Source: an uncultured Erysipelotrichaceae bacterium (lineage in GTDB: Bacteria > Bacillota_I > Bacilli_A > Erysipelotrichales > Erysipelotrichaceae). From it: a stretch of 59,397 bases of DNA. A program made the translations under genes and the position numbers. Below are positions 9,471 through 19,081 of this stretch, piece by piece. Position 1 is the first letter of the stretch, and every line of letters starts with the position of its first letter. Location: NCBI GenBank assembly GCA_902795865.1, contig CADBMV010000064.1, positions 1 to 59,397 on the forward strand. The letters are read 5' to 3'. The notes below the pieces were generated by a model that was given only the letters and a program-made list of their open reading frames with translations, was not told the DNA's origin and did not search any database.

Positions 9471-11228
9471 TTATATTATTTCCTTAAGTTTATTCTTATC
9501 GTTTATATTGTTTAGTACAATATATTTCATGTCTCTATTATTATATTTGTTTTTAAAATGAGTGATTAGTTCATCATTTTCACATATTAAAACATCACTA
9601 TTATTATAGAAGTATTCTTCTAATTGATTAGTAATCATTGCTGTATATTTGTTTGCTTGCTTTTCATATTCTTCTGGAATTCTACCATGTGTATCCCATA
9701 ATACAGTTACATCATCTAATTCAAATAGCTTAAGCATATCACTAGATATCTTTTCTCTCATGAATCTAATTACTGAATGTATTAAACAATGCTTAGCTTT
9801 ACTGATAATATTTAATACTTCATTAGTTTGATTTATATCATAGCTGTTATAAACAATACTACAATGGTCTTCATCAATAAAATCAATTTGAAGTAATTCA
9901 CAAAGTCTATCTTCACCACTTAAATAAATTTTGTATGAATCTTTTAATACTTCATCTAAAACATTAACTCTTTTAATATATTCACTATCATCTGTATTTG
10001 GTAAAGGAGAAATTATACAGATACATTTTTTATTATTTAGTAATTCATATAATCTATTTAAATTATTTAAATTTCTTTTCTTATCTGAATATTCTTTATA
10101 TTTCTTTTCTAATTTATCTTTTAACCATTTAGGAAAACTAAGGCCTTGTTCTTTAACTTTACGATATACCCTTTTAAAAAAGATAATAGATTTCACAAAA
10201 GATAAATCAGGAATACTTGATTTATTCTTTGTTTCTTTATATCCATATGTAATCTTATTTAAATAATCATTAGCTATAATATCCAAAGAATATTTTTCTT
10301 TAGCTTCTTTTAGACAATTATTAGATATATTTCTTCTTAATTGTTCATCATCAATTAATCTTGAGATTGCTTCTACCCATGAATTTGTATCATTATTTAC
10401 TAGTAATCCATTATATTCATCCTTAATTGCGAATGTATATGGTTTTAAATTAGAATAAATACCCGCAATACCAAATGATGCATATTCTATGTATTTATTA
10501 AAATATTTACACTCATGAAATTTACTATCAGGCATTGGTGCTAAACCTATATCCCAATTACATCTAGACATAAAAGCTGTATAAGCATCATATCCGTCTT
10601 GATATGGTAAATGAGTTAAACCTAGTTTATCCACAAAAGTTGGTTTTGCGCCCATAATTTCTATTTCAATACTGTTTCCATATTTTTCATAAATAGTAGT
10701 TATTGCATCTTCTAGTATTTCATTTAAATCTTGAGCTCTATCTATTGATCCTGCAAAACCAATCTTAATCTTTTCATTTTTTTCTTTTTTACTAATAGAA
10801 TTTAATGATGCTTCATCTATTAAAAAACTATTCTTAAAATCTTTACCATATTTTTCTAATAAAACTGGTGAAGATGTTAAAAACGTATCACAATTAGACA
10901 TTATTGTTTTTATATTATTTTGTGTTGAAGGTAATAAATAATATGGTGCACTACTTATATAACTAGGCACATTTAATATATCGTCATCTAAAACATAAAC
11001 TAGATGCTTACCATTTCTTTTTGCTATCTTAGATACGTACGCATCAATATCGGAATCACTTCTTAAAAAAACAATGATATCTGCCCATTCAACATTCTTT
11101 TTATTCACAAAGTGCGATATCACAAATTGATAATTTAATTTACCTTGTTTCTCCAAATAATCAAGTTGAGAATGACCACACAAGATTACCGAAGGAATAA
11201 AAGTTGTAGAAATAATTAAGACGTTCAT
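9471..11228 (-). CDS. Putative two-domain glycosyltransferase
   Basis: 585 aa. The central FAGSIDRAQDL..GLAPMPDSKFHECKYFNKYIEYASFGIAGIYSN..NGLLVNND resembles a GT-B C-terminal Rossmann domain. Its size and its position directly after the ABC ATPase recall RgpF/GacG-type rhamnosyltransferases; this is not verified. Confidence 0.5.
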   Translation of the reverse strand: MNVLIISTTFIPSVILCGHSQLDYLEKQGKLNYQFVISHFVNKKNVEWADIIVFLRSDSDIDAYVSKIAKRNGKHLVYVLDDDILNVPSYISSAPYYLLPSTQNNIKTIMSNCDTFLTSSPVLLEKYGKDFKNSFLIDEASLNSISKKEKNEKIKIGFAGSIDRAQDLNEILEDAITTIYEKYGNSIEIEIMGAKPTFVDKLGLTHLPYQDGYDAYTAFMSRCNWDIGLAPMPDSKFHECKYFNKYIEYASFGIAGIYSNLKPYTFAIKDEYNGLLVNNDTNSWVEAISRLIDDEQLRRNISNNCLKEAKEKYSLDIIANDYLNKITYGYKETKNKSSIPDLSFVKSIIFFKRVYRKVKEQGLSFPKWLKDKLEKKYKEYSDKKRNLNNLNRLYELLNNKKCICIISPLPNTDDSEYIKRVNVLDEVLKDSYKIYLSGEDRLCELLQIDFIDEDHCSIVYNSYDINQTNEVLNIISKAKHCLIHSVIRFMREKISSDMLKLFELDDVTVLWDTHGRIPEEYEKQANKYTAMITNQLEEYFYNNSDVLICENDELITHFKNKYNNRDMKYIVLNNINDKNKLKEII

Positions 11229-11974
11229 TGTTTACTTTCTAATTGTTTTTTACTATATTCTTCACATAATTCTTTAGCAGGACCAATCTTAACAACTTTT
11301 CCTCTTTCAAGCCATACTACTTCATCACACATTTCAGCTATTTTATCCAAATCGTGTGAAACAAATAATACTGTTGCTCCACCAGACATTAATTCTTGCA
11401 TACGCTTATAACTTTTTTCTTTAAAATATGCATCACCAACCGATAGTATTTCATCAACAATTAATATTTCTGGTTGAACTACAGAAGCTATAGAAAAAGC
11501 TAGTCTAGCCATCATACCAGAAGAATAATTTCTTATTGGCATATCTATAAAATCACTGATTTCGGCAAAATCTACTATCTCTTGATATTTTGATTCTAAA
11601 TATTCTTTTGAATAACCAAGTATTGCGCCATTTAAATAAATATTTTCTCTTCCAGTTAACTCTAAATCAAAACCAGCACCAAGTTCTAGCATTGGCACAA
11701 TATTACCTCTAGTAATAATTTGGCCACTAGTAGGTTTTAAGATGCCAGATATGAGTTTTAAAGTAGTTGATTTACCAGCACCGTTTCTGCCAATTAAACC
11801 TAAGGTTTTTCCTTTTTCTAAATCGAAAGATATATTATCTAGTGCTAAAAACTCATTAAATTTTAATTTACCTGAAACTGCAGTAGTAAAAACTTCTTTT
11901 AAAGAGTTAATTGGTTCATCAGACATTCTAAACTTCATTGATACATTTTTTACTTCAATCATTTTTTCAGCCAT
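11225..11974 (-). CDS. Polysaccharide/teichoic-acid-type ABC exporter, ATP-binding subunit (Wzt/TagH/RgpD-like)
   Basis: 249 aa. Walker A GRNGAGKST, signature YSSGMMARLAFS, Walker B ILIVDEILSVGD, H-loop SHD. There is no C-terminal carbohydrate-binding extension. Confidence 0.92.
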   Translation of the reverse strand: MAEKMIEVKNVSMKFRMSDEPINSLKEVFTTAVSGKLKFNEFLALDNISFDLEKGKTLGLIGRNGAGKSTTLKLISGILKPTSGQIITRGNIVPMLELGAGFDLELTGRENIYLNGAILGYSKEYLESKYQEIVDFAEISDFIDMPIRNYSSGMMARLAFSIASVVQPEILIVDEILSVGDAYFKEKSYKRMQELMSGGATVLFVSHDLDKIAEMCDEVVWLERGKVVKIGPAKELCEEYSKKQLESKQ

Positions 11975-11986
11975 AGATACTACCTC

Positions 11987-13402
11987 TTATAGATATAAAG
12001 TAAACTTATCTTGATGTTTCTTAAACACATAAGTTCCAATAAATAGCATTGCGAGTGCAAATATTAAACAATAGATATATGAAATAGGTTCAGGTGAAAC
12101 ACCATCTATTAAACACTTTCTTAAATTACCAATGAAATGATATAAAGGATTAAATCTAACTACAAATTTATACTTATCAGGAATAATTTCTGCAGGATAA
12201 AAGATTGGTGTAGCATATTGCCAAATCTGAACCATCACTCCCCATAAGAATTGTGTATCTCTAAAAAATACCATCAATGTTGCAAGAAGCATCCCTGCAC
12301 CTAATGAGAAAGCTATTAAACATAACAAGAAATATAGAATCAACAATGTTGAAGCATGTAGCTTCAAACCCATTATTAAAGTGATTAATAATAGTGGTAC
12401 AAGTGAAATAGCTAAATTCACAGATGAAGATATAGTTCTTGAAAGCGGGAATATATATCTAGGAATATAAACCTTATTTATTAGATTTGAATTACCTGAT
12501 ATAGAAGTTAAACACATATCAGTTGTTTCTTTAAAGAAATTAAAACAAATAACACCGCTTAATAAGTACACAGGATAATTTTGTGTATCTGCTTTAAAGA
12601 AAGTAGAGAAAACCAAAAACTGTACTATCATCGTAAGAAGCGGATTCAAGAAACTCCACAACAAGCCAAATACAGATCTCTTATATTTTGATTTAAAATC
12701 TCTAGTAACTAATTGACTAATTAAGAATTTATATTTATCTATAGCTAATAAAGCTCTAACCAAATAATCGTGTTTATTATGACAATAGTTTCTATATGAT
12801 CTATATAAATATAAAGCAAATAGTAAACCAACACCTAACGCAAAATACCAATAGTATTGAGCAGCATATATCTCATCAACACCACTTACAGAAAAACATA
12901 GTGTTCCTTTCATGCCTCTACTATTAATGACAAGTATAGAATCATCTACATTCTTTCTCATCATAACTGCAACACCTTCATTAGGGTTACAATCAGATCT
13001 GATTTTTAATGTTAATAATCTATCTTTAACTTCTAAAGGTTTTTCAAAATTTATAAAAACACGATGCTGTTCTGGAATGTCTTTAACATTAAAACTCTTA
13101 CTATAAAGAATACTATTTCCATCTAATAAATCTATATATACTGTTCCACTACCTTCACGATAAAACTTTGTAAAGACAATAGCCATTGATTGGATTCTAT
13201 CAATTGATGGTCTAAAAAATTGCTTAACTTCAACACCTTTAACTATTTCATCAGTTACAGCATCAGCTTCAACCATCACTATATTGTTAATTGAATCTTT
13301 ATATTTTAATTGATCACCTAGTAAAAAATAAAAAGATGCAGCTAATAGTACATATAGCGCCATAAAGATTAAATATATTTTTCTAATCTTTTCTTTATTC
13401 AT
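11987..13402 (-). CDS. ABC-2 type permease (Wzm/TagG/RgpC-like) with an unusual ~200-aa N-terminal TM-ectodomain-TM extension
   Basis: 471 aa. The C-terminal ~270 aa form a six-TM ABC-2 permease (LISQLVTRDFKSKYKRSVFGLLWSFLNPLL...). The N-terminal extension is paralogous to the ORF at 13405..13941. Confidence 0.85.
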   Translation of the reverse strand: MNKEKIRKIYLIFMALYVLLAASFYFLLGDQLKYKDSINNIVMVEADAVTDEIVKGVEVKQFFRPSIDRIQSMAIVFTKFYREGSGTVYIDLLDGNSILYSKSFNVKDIPEQHRVFINFEKPLEVKDRLLTLKIRSDCNPNEGVAVMMRKNVDDSILVINSRGMKGTLCFSVSGVDEIYAAQYYWYFALGVGLLFALYLYRSYRNYCHNKHDYLVRALLAIDKYKFLISQLVTRDFKSKYKRSVFGLLWSFLNPLLTMIVQFLVFSTFFKADTQNYPVYLLSGVICFNFFKETTDMCLTSISGNSNLINKVYIPRYIFPLSRTISSSVNLAISLVPLLLITLIMGLKLHASTLLILYFLLCLIAFSLGAGMLLATLMVFFRDTQFLWGVMVQIWQYATPIFYPAEIIPDKYKFVVRFNPLYHFIGNLRKCLIDGVSPEPISYIYCLIFALAMLFIGTYVFKKHQDKFTLYL

Positions 13403-13404
13403 AT

Positions 13405-13941
13405 TTACTCAACTACAGAAAAACAAATAGATCCTTTCTGCTTTCTATTATTAAACCAATAATTTGTATCAACATTTTCACTAACCATCAAAGCTAAACC
13501 AGTATTTTCTCCATTTTCAGAATATATCTTTATAGTTAATTTAGCATCTTTAACATCTCTTAATATTCCATTTGGTTCAATAAAAACACGATGTTGATCT
13601 TCAACTTGTGTTACTGGAATGATAGTTCTTGCTAATGAATTGTTGCCATTTAGTAATTCTAATACTAGATTTACTCCCTCAACATATTGAAGTCTTGTAA
13701 AGACAATTCCAATATTATTTATTGTATCTGTTGTACAAATAAAATCCTGTCTAACACTAACTCCTTTAGAAATCATATCTGTGGCTTTAGTTGCATCTGG
13801 CATTGTTGTAACATCAATTTCTGTAATCACTTGCCCACCATTAGCAGGTGTTGAATTTCTTCCAAACATAAACCAAAATCCCAACAAGACAAATACAGCT
13901 GCTAAAACAACAATAAAAGTCAATAACTTCTTATTTCCCAT
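13405..13941 (-). CDS. Signal-anchored ectodomain protein, paralog of the permease N-terminal extension
   Basis: 178 aa with one N-terminal TM helix. Matched blocks against the permease extension are KGVSVRQDF/KGVEVKQFF, IGIVFTR/MAIVFTK, EDQHRVFIE/PEQHRVFIN, LTIKIYS/LTLKIRS and KGSICFSV/KGTLCFSV. Confidence 0.65.
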   Translation of the reverse strand: MGNKKLLTFIVVLAAVFVLLGFWFMFGRNSTPANGGQVITEIDVTTMPDATKATDMISKGVSVRQDFICTTDTINNIGIVFTRLQYVEGVNLVLELLNGNNSLARTIIPVTQVEDQHRVFIEPNGILRDVKDAKLTIKIYSENGENTGLALMVSENVDTNYWFNNRKQKGSICFSVVE

Positions 13942-13974
13942 AACTATTATATTTTATCATTATTAAATATTTTC

Positions 13975-14886
13975 TTAAATATAGCCCAAATAAACTAATA
14001 CTCTAAAAAATAGATCATTGATTGTATTAGTTTTAAAACCATCATATTTTAATAGCTTCTTTTTTAAATTAGAATCACTTCTATAATTAGCTACAAGATT
14101 CAATAATTCTTTCTTGTCATCATCTATTTCGTCTTTATATACATTCAATAACGACTTAGCAGTATTGCTTCTATAATTCTTAATATTCCCATTAACAAAT
14201 CTATTTACTCTTCCAGCAAATTCTTTAAACTTATTAGAAGTCATACCTATTTCATTAGAACCATGTTGACGATAGTACATATGAGAACTATTATCTAGTA
14301 TCATCTTTCCAAACATACATATCACTTTATGTATTATTGCATCATGAATCAAAAAATATTCTTTATTTAAATCATATTTAACTATTTTCTTTCTTGCTTC
14401 ATTATTAAACACAAATGTACAACCTGGAGCTGTATGATATATCAAAGAATGTGCAAAATCAGAATAATTATATAAACTTGATACATTAGAATCTATAGGA
14501 TTTAAATCTTTATCAGTTAATGTGTATTTACTGCAATATAGTAATGGAATGTTGTTGTCTTCTTTTTCTAATGAACTTATTGCGGTAGATAATTTATCTT
14601 TAAACCACACATCATCTTGATCACACAACGCATAATAATCAGCTTGCTCACAATTATTTATTAATTCAAAGAATGATTTTGCAGGTCCTAAATTATTACC
14701 ACAATAATATTTAATAAAATTATGTTCAGAAGCATATTCTTCTAAAATATTAACAGTGTCATCTTTAGATCCATCATCTCTTATATAAATTTGATCAGGA
14801 ACTAATTCTTGATTTAATAAAGAATCTAATTGTGCTCTTAGATATTTCTCTCCATTATATGTAGACATTAAAACAATTAGTTTCAT
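13975..14886 (-). CDS. GT2 family glycosyltransferase
   Basis: 303 aa with MSTYNGEKYLRAQLDSLLNQ, IRDDGSKDDT and CDQDDVW (DxD region). Confidence 0.85.
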   Translation of the reverse strand: MKLIVLMSTYNGEKYLRAQLDSLLNQELVPDQIYIRDDGSKDDTVNILEEYASEHNFIKYYCGNNLGPAKSFFELINNCEQADYYALCDQDDVWFKDKLSTAISSLEKEDNNIPLLYCSKYTLTDKDLNPIDSNVSSLYNYSDFAHSLIYHTAPGCTFVFNNEARKKIVKYDLNKEYFLIHDAIIHKVICMFGKMILDNSSHMYYRQHGSNEIGMTSNKFKEFAGRVNRFVNGNIKNYRSNTAKSLLNVYKDEIDDDKKELLNLVANYRSDSNLKKKLLKYDGFKTNTINDLFFRVLVYLGYI

Positions 14887-15983
14887 TTTAAAACCTCACT
14901 AATAATTTCATCACAATTCTTCATAAATACTTCTTTAGAGAAATTATTATTGTATAAATCATATATATTTGAATTATTATTTCTCATATTTATTATTTCA
15001 CTACTATTTAATGTTGTGTTTTCATTAACATTAATACCAACTTTATAATCATTCACAAAATTCCAAGTGTCTGCTTTTATATTATTAATAATTGGTAAGC
15101 CGTATTTAAAATAATCGATACACTTCATAGTAAGGCCAATATATAAGCCATCTTTATACATATTAATTCCTGCATGACACTTACTCATTAATTCGCTTTT
15201 TTGTTTTTCTTCATTGACAACTCCATGATCTATTACATAACAAATTCTAGAAAGTTTTTCTATCATTTCTTTTTTCTTTTCACCGCTTCCTATAATATGT
15301 AAATCTGCAGGACTATCACATGTGGAAATGATTCTATATATGGCATCAATATCAATAATATTGTTTATAGATCCTAAATAGCATAAAGATAGTCTATTAT
15401 TATCTATTTCATTATTATTGACTACTTTGATATTATCTTTTGACCAATATAGTGTCTTAATATTACCTTTATATTCTTTAGATAATATTTCCTGATACAT
15501 ATCACATTCAGTGGTTAAACAATCAGCACAATCTATATTATAAGTTCTGTAGTTTCTCCAAATACTAAGCGGTGGTATGTTCTTACTAAGTTTAATAGGT
15601 AAAGATTCAGGCCACATGTCTATTACATCAACAATAATCTTTACATTTTTATTCTCTTTTTTATATTTTTTAGCTTCCTTCAATAAAGAGTTTGCTGGTA
15701 TCATTAACCAAATTAAATCAGGTTTTTGTTTTCTAATTAAATCAAAAGCATCTTTAGAAAACTGTATATGAGAATTAATTCTATCTAATGATAAATTTTT
15801 CATATATTCTTTTGTTTTGATAAGTGTGTAATTGTTTTTGTTTTCTTTTCTTTTGGTTTTATTCGCATGAGAAAAATCAGTGCTTATAACACTGACATCA
15901 TAGTTTCTTTTTGTACATGTTTCATAAACAAAATTAACTCTTTGATCATTTGATTCGAAGCATGTAACGATTGTAACTTTCAT
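14883..15983 (-). CDS. Putative GT-B (GT4-like) glycosyltransferase
   Basis: 366 aa. The C-terminal half (LCYLGSINN..HIIGSGEKK..KYGLPIINN) resembles a GT4 nucleotide-sugar-binding domain. It overlaps the downstream GT2 by 4 nt. Confidence 0.58.
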   Translation of the reverse strand: MKVTIVTCFESNDQRVNFVYETCTKRNYDVSVISTDFSHANKTKRKENKNNYTLIKTKEYMKNLSLDRINSHIQFSKDAFDLIRKQKPDLIWLMIPANSLLKEAKKYKKENKNVKIIVDVIDMWPESLPIKLSKNIPPLSIWRNYRTYNIDCADCLTTECDMYQEILSKEYKGNIKTLYWSKDNIKVVNNNEIDNNRLSLCYLGSINNIIDIDAIYRIISTCDSPADLHIIGSGEKKKEMIEKLSRICYVIDHGVVNEEKQKSELMSKCHAGINMYKDGLYIGLTMKCIDYFKYGLPIINNIKADTWNFVNDYKVGINVNENTTLNSSEIINMRNNNSNIYDLYNNNFSKEVFMKNCDEIISEVLK

Positions 15984-16007
15984 AACTATATTTTACATTC
16001 GTAATTA

Positions 16008-17993
16008 TTAATTAACAAACGTATAAGACAAGATATAAACTATTACTTCAAACATTAATAATATTTGTGCAAATATTAAATATTTATCAAACTTCTTTGG
16101 TAAAGATATTTTAGAATTATTAAATATTGCAAAGAAGTATGGAAGAAGTGGTGAGAAGTATCTTCCTTGAATACCTTCTATCATTTGCGAGTCAGTATTT
16201 GTCCATCCTACTAGCATTCCAAATAATGTCATTAATCCTGCACAAGCAGAAAGGAAGATGAATGATGCTTTTAAAGGAATAGATTCTACATAATCTTCTT
16301 TTCTAAATGAAGTAACAAATAGTAATAATGGTAATGCTTGAACTATTGGTAGAGGAAGTATTAAATTTAATGCACACATTGTTCTACCAATTGAACTATA
16401 GAACCATAATTTCAAAGAATATCTAATTGTATATATAAATAGATTAAGTGTTTCTAAAGGATGTTGTAAAACATACGTAAAAGTATATGGATCATTATTT
16501 GGAGTTGGCAAAGTATTGCTGATGATATTTGTTTCAGCACTTGCTACCCAACCAAGTTTTCTCCAAATATGAATTGCAATTCTATGATATATAGCATTAT
16601 ATATTTCTCTTATTCCCATCATATTTATTATCAAGAAGGCAAATATCTTATTTCTTCTTGAGCCAAATCTTTCACTTGGAACAAATATATATAACAGAGC
16701 AAATACACTATAAACTATCTTTGCAGGAGCAAGAATCCATGAGCCAATTGTCACTACTAACATTTCAGGAATTGTCACTCTTTCTTCAACGAATATCCAT
16801 TTTAATAAATATGAGATAGTTATAAATGTTAAAGCAAATATAAAGCCATCATATGAATATGATGCTGCCTGTTGAATAAACATAGGCATACATGCAAGCA
16901 TTCCAAATAATACTTTATGTATTGGAGTTTTCTTTATTGATAAATAGATACATAATGCGTAAAAACATAGTGCAGTAAATCTACCTAAATAAAACTCTAA
17001 TAATACATTAAGACCTAATACTCTACCTATTGTTGCACCAATTGCTTGAGGAACATAACAAATTTTATACATGTTATATGGATCATGAATGTCAATTTGT
17101 GTTTTATTCACATCAGCTGGCCCAAATAATTCTTCTACAACTCTTCTATATGCATCTTGTGAATTTTTATAACCCATAAACGAATCATAACTAACATATG
17201 TTTCATCTACTGTAGTTGCATTAGAAAACATCATTTTGTTAGATACTAATAAAGTTCTGTGATAATGTCCCATTTCATCTGGAACAGATAACGGTGTAAT
17301 AATAAACATAAATATCATTCCTAATACCATTACCATTACTACAAAGAAGTTTTCATATTTAGGTTCAAATAATAACAACCAAATAAATAAGAAACTTAAT
17401 AATGAAATAACAAATACTAAAGTTGTATTAGAAAAGAATTCTAATTTATTATCATCCATTAAATATCTAATACATAATGCATTTTCATTAACTTTATTAT
17501 TAATAGTTAGTTTTGCATTATTTAATTCACTATCGATTGTTAAATATACACCAACAGCTTTACCTTTAACACAATTAGAACTTAATGTAACTTTAATTGT
17601 TTGTGCACTTAATCTTTGATTTAATGCAACTGTATAAAAAGATCTATCTTGAATATTAGATACATTGATATCTTCATTAGCATAAATGGTGTTGTTATTT
17701 GCGCTACTTATAGTTATGTTTAAAGTTCCTGTATTTTTTCTAGCATAAGTAACTAAACAAACAGAAACTGCATTTGTACCATCTTTTACAAACATTGTTT
17801 GACTAATGGTAGTCTTATCATCAATTTCTACAGTTTCATCTTTATCAAAATTACCATATGATCTTTTACCTAATGTTGGATTATAGTTTATCAATGTTAA
17901 AACAACAGTCACAATCCACAATAAAGAAAATACTAATAATAGTATTTTGTTTTTCTTGAAGTTTGTTTTTGCTTTTTCTATTAATCTATTCAT
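16008..17993 (-). CDS. GT-C-like polytopic glycosyltransferase (DUF2142/GacL-like) with N-terminal anchored ectodomain
   Basis: 661 aa: signal anchor, a ~150-aa ectodomain, then about 12 TM helices with the acidic loop motif PDEMGHYH. It lies downstream of a GT2 plus small-membrane-protein pair. Confidence 0.6.
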   Translation of the reverse strand: MNRLIEKAKTNFKKNKILLLVFSLLWIVTVVLTLINYNPTLGKRSYGNFDKDETVEIDDKTTISQTMFVKDGTNAVSVCLVTYARKNTGTLNITISSANNNTIYANEDINVSNIQDRSFYTVALNQRLSAQTIKVTLSSNCVKGKAVGVYLTIDSELNNAKLTINNKVNENALCIRYLMDDNKLEFFSNTTLVFVISLLSFLFIWLLLFEPKYENFFVVMVMVLGMIFMFIITPLSVPDEMGHYHRTLLVSNKMMFSNATTVDETYVSYDSFMGYKNSQDAYRRVVEELFGPADVNKTQIDIHDPYNMYKICYVPQAIGATIGRVLGLNVLLEFYLGRFTALCFYALCIYLSIKKTPIHKVLFGMLACMPMFIQQAASYSYDGFIFALTFITISYLLKWIFVEERVTIPEMLVVTIGSWILAPAKIVYSVFALLYIFVPSERFGSRRNKIFAFLIINMMGIREIYNAIYHRIAIHIWRKLGWVASAETNIISNTLPTPNNDPYTFTYVLQHPLETLNLFIYTIRYSLKLWFYSSIGRTMCALNLILPLPIVQALPLLLFVTSFRKEDYVESIPLKASFIFLSACAGLMTLFGMLVGWTNTDSQMIEGIQGRYFSPLLPYFFAIFNNSKISLPKKFDKYLIFAQILLMFEVIVYILSYTFVN

Positions 17994-18333
17994 CCTTTTT
18001 GTCTTCTAATAGTTTCTTTAAAGATGCAATCTCATAATTTAAAATTGTTATTTCCTCATTATTCTTACTAATTCTAAGATACAAATAGAAAGTCAAAATA
18101 TATAGTAAGAATATTGTAATTAAGAATACTGCATTAGATTGAGTTTGAATTCCTAAAATATTTGTTACCCACAACATAATAGATGGAAACAAAGAAATCA
18201 CAACCATACCAATAGCCCATAATATCCAAATTATGGCATATCTGATATTCATCTGATTCTTAATGATATTCCATAATACAAATACAAGAACCAAAACTGA
18301 AACAACTAATAATAAAGTTTGTAAATTGTTCAT
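17986..18333 (-). CDS. Small membrane protein, DUF2304/GacJ-like partner of the adjacent GT2
   Basis: I moved the start to the second ATG (18333), which has AGGAG 5 nt upstream, directly after the TAG stop of the GT2. About 115 aa: three TM helices plus a charged C-terminal helix (LKKLLEDKKDE). Confidence 0.55.
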   Translation of the reverse strand: MNNLQTLLLVVSVLVLVFVLWNIIKNQMNIRYAIIWILWAIGMVVISLFPSIMLWVTNILGIQTQSNAVFLITIFLLYILTFYLYLRISKNNEEITILNYEIASLKKLLEDKKDE

Positions 18334-18341
18334 AATTTCTC

Positions 18342-19010
18342 CTACCATTGCACAAATAGAATACTTAATATTTCTGCAACCATATATTTGACTGTTTTAA
18401 ATGGACTAGCAAAATAACTAACTCCACCTTGTCTTTCTAACATTTCAACTTGCACTTCTTTAACTTTATAGCCTTTTTTTAAAATGTGACATAACGCATC
18501 AGGCTCAGCATAGTAGTTCATTCCTTTAGAAAACTCTTCAATTACTTTTCTTCCTAATGCTCTCATGCCACTAGTTGGATCATAAACTGTTTTACCTGTT
18601 TTTAGCTTAATAAGTCCACATATTAATCTAGAACCTATCATCCTTAAACTAAAAGGCTTTTTATCAGTTACAAATCTACTACCAACCACATAATCATAGC
18701 CCTTTTCTATTTCTTCAACAAGCAAATTCACCTTATCAACAGGATGTTGGCCATCACCATCAACATTGATAATACAATCATAGTCATTGTCATATCCATA
18801 CATAAAACCAATTCTAGTAACTCCAGCTAGTCCAACATTAACACTTAAATCTAAATGATTGTATTTATTCTTTTTTAAAATATTAGCAGTGTTATCACTA
18901 CTACAATCATTAATAACAAGATAGTCATATCCATATGACTTTATCTTTTCAACAACTTTTTCAATGTTTTCTTCTTCATTAAAAGCTGGAATAATCACTA
19001 GTGATTTCAT
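18342..19010 (-). CDS. GT2 polyprenyl-phosphate glycosyltransferase (DPM1/GacI/CsbB-like catalytic domain, no TM)
   Basis: 222 aa with IIPAFNEEENI, VINDCSSDNT and NVDGDGQHP. Confidence 0.8.
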   Translation of the reverse strand: MKSLVIIPAFNEEENIEKVVEKIKSYGYDYLVINDCSSDNTANILKKNKYNHLDLSVNVGLAGVTRIGFMYGYDNDYDCIINVDGDGQHPVDKVNLLVEEIEKGYDYVVGSRFVTDKKPFSLRMIGSRLICGLIKLKTGKTVYDPTSGMRALGRKVIEEFSKGMNYYAEPDALCHILKKGYKVKEVQVEMLERQGGVSYFASPFKTVKYMVAEILSILFVQW

Positions 19011-19081
19011 CCATATAATTGTAACATGTATAAAAATATTTGTTTATTAAATAAAAATAGAATGTTATTATATGTTTTGTA

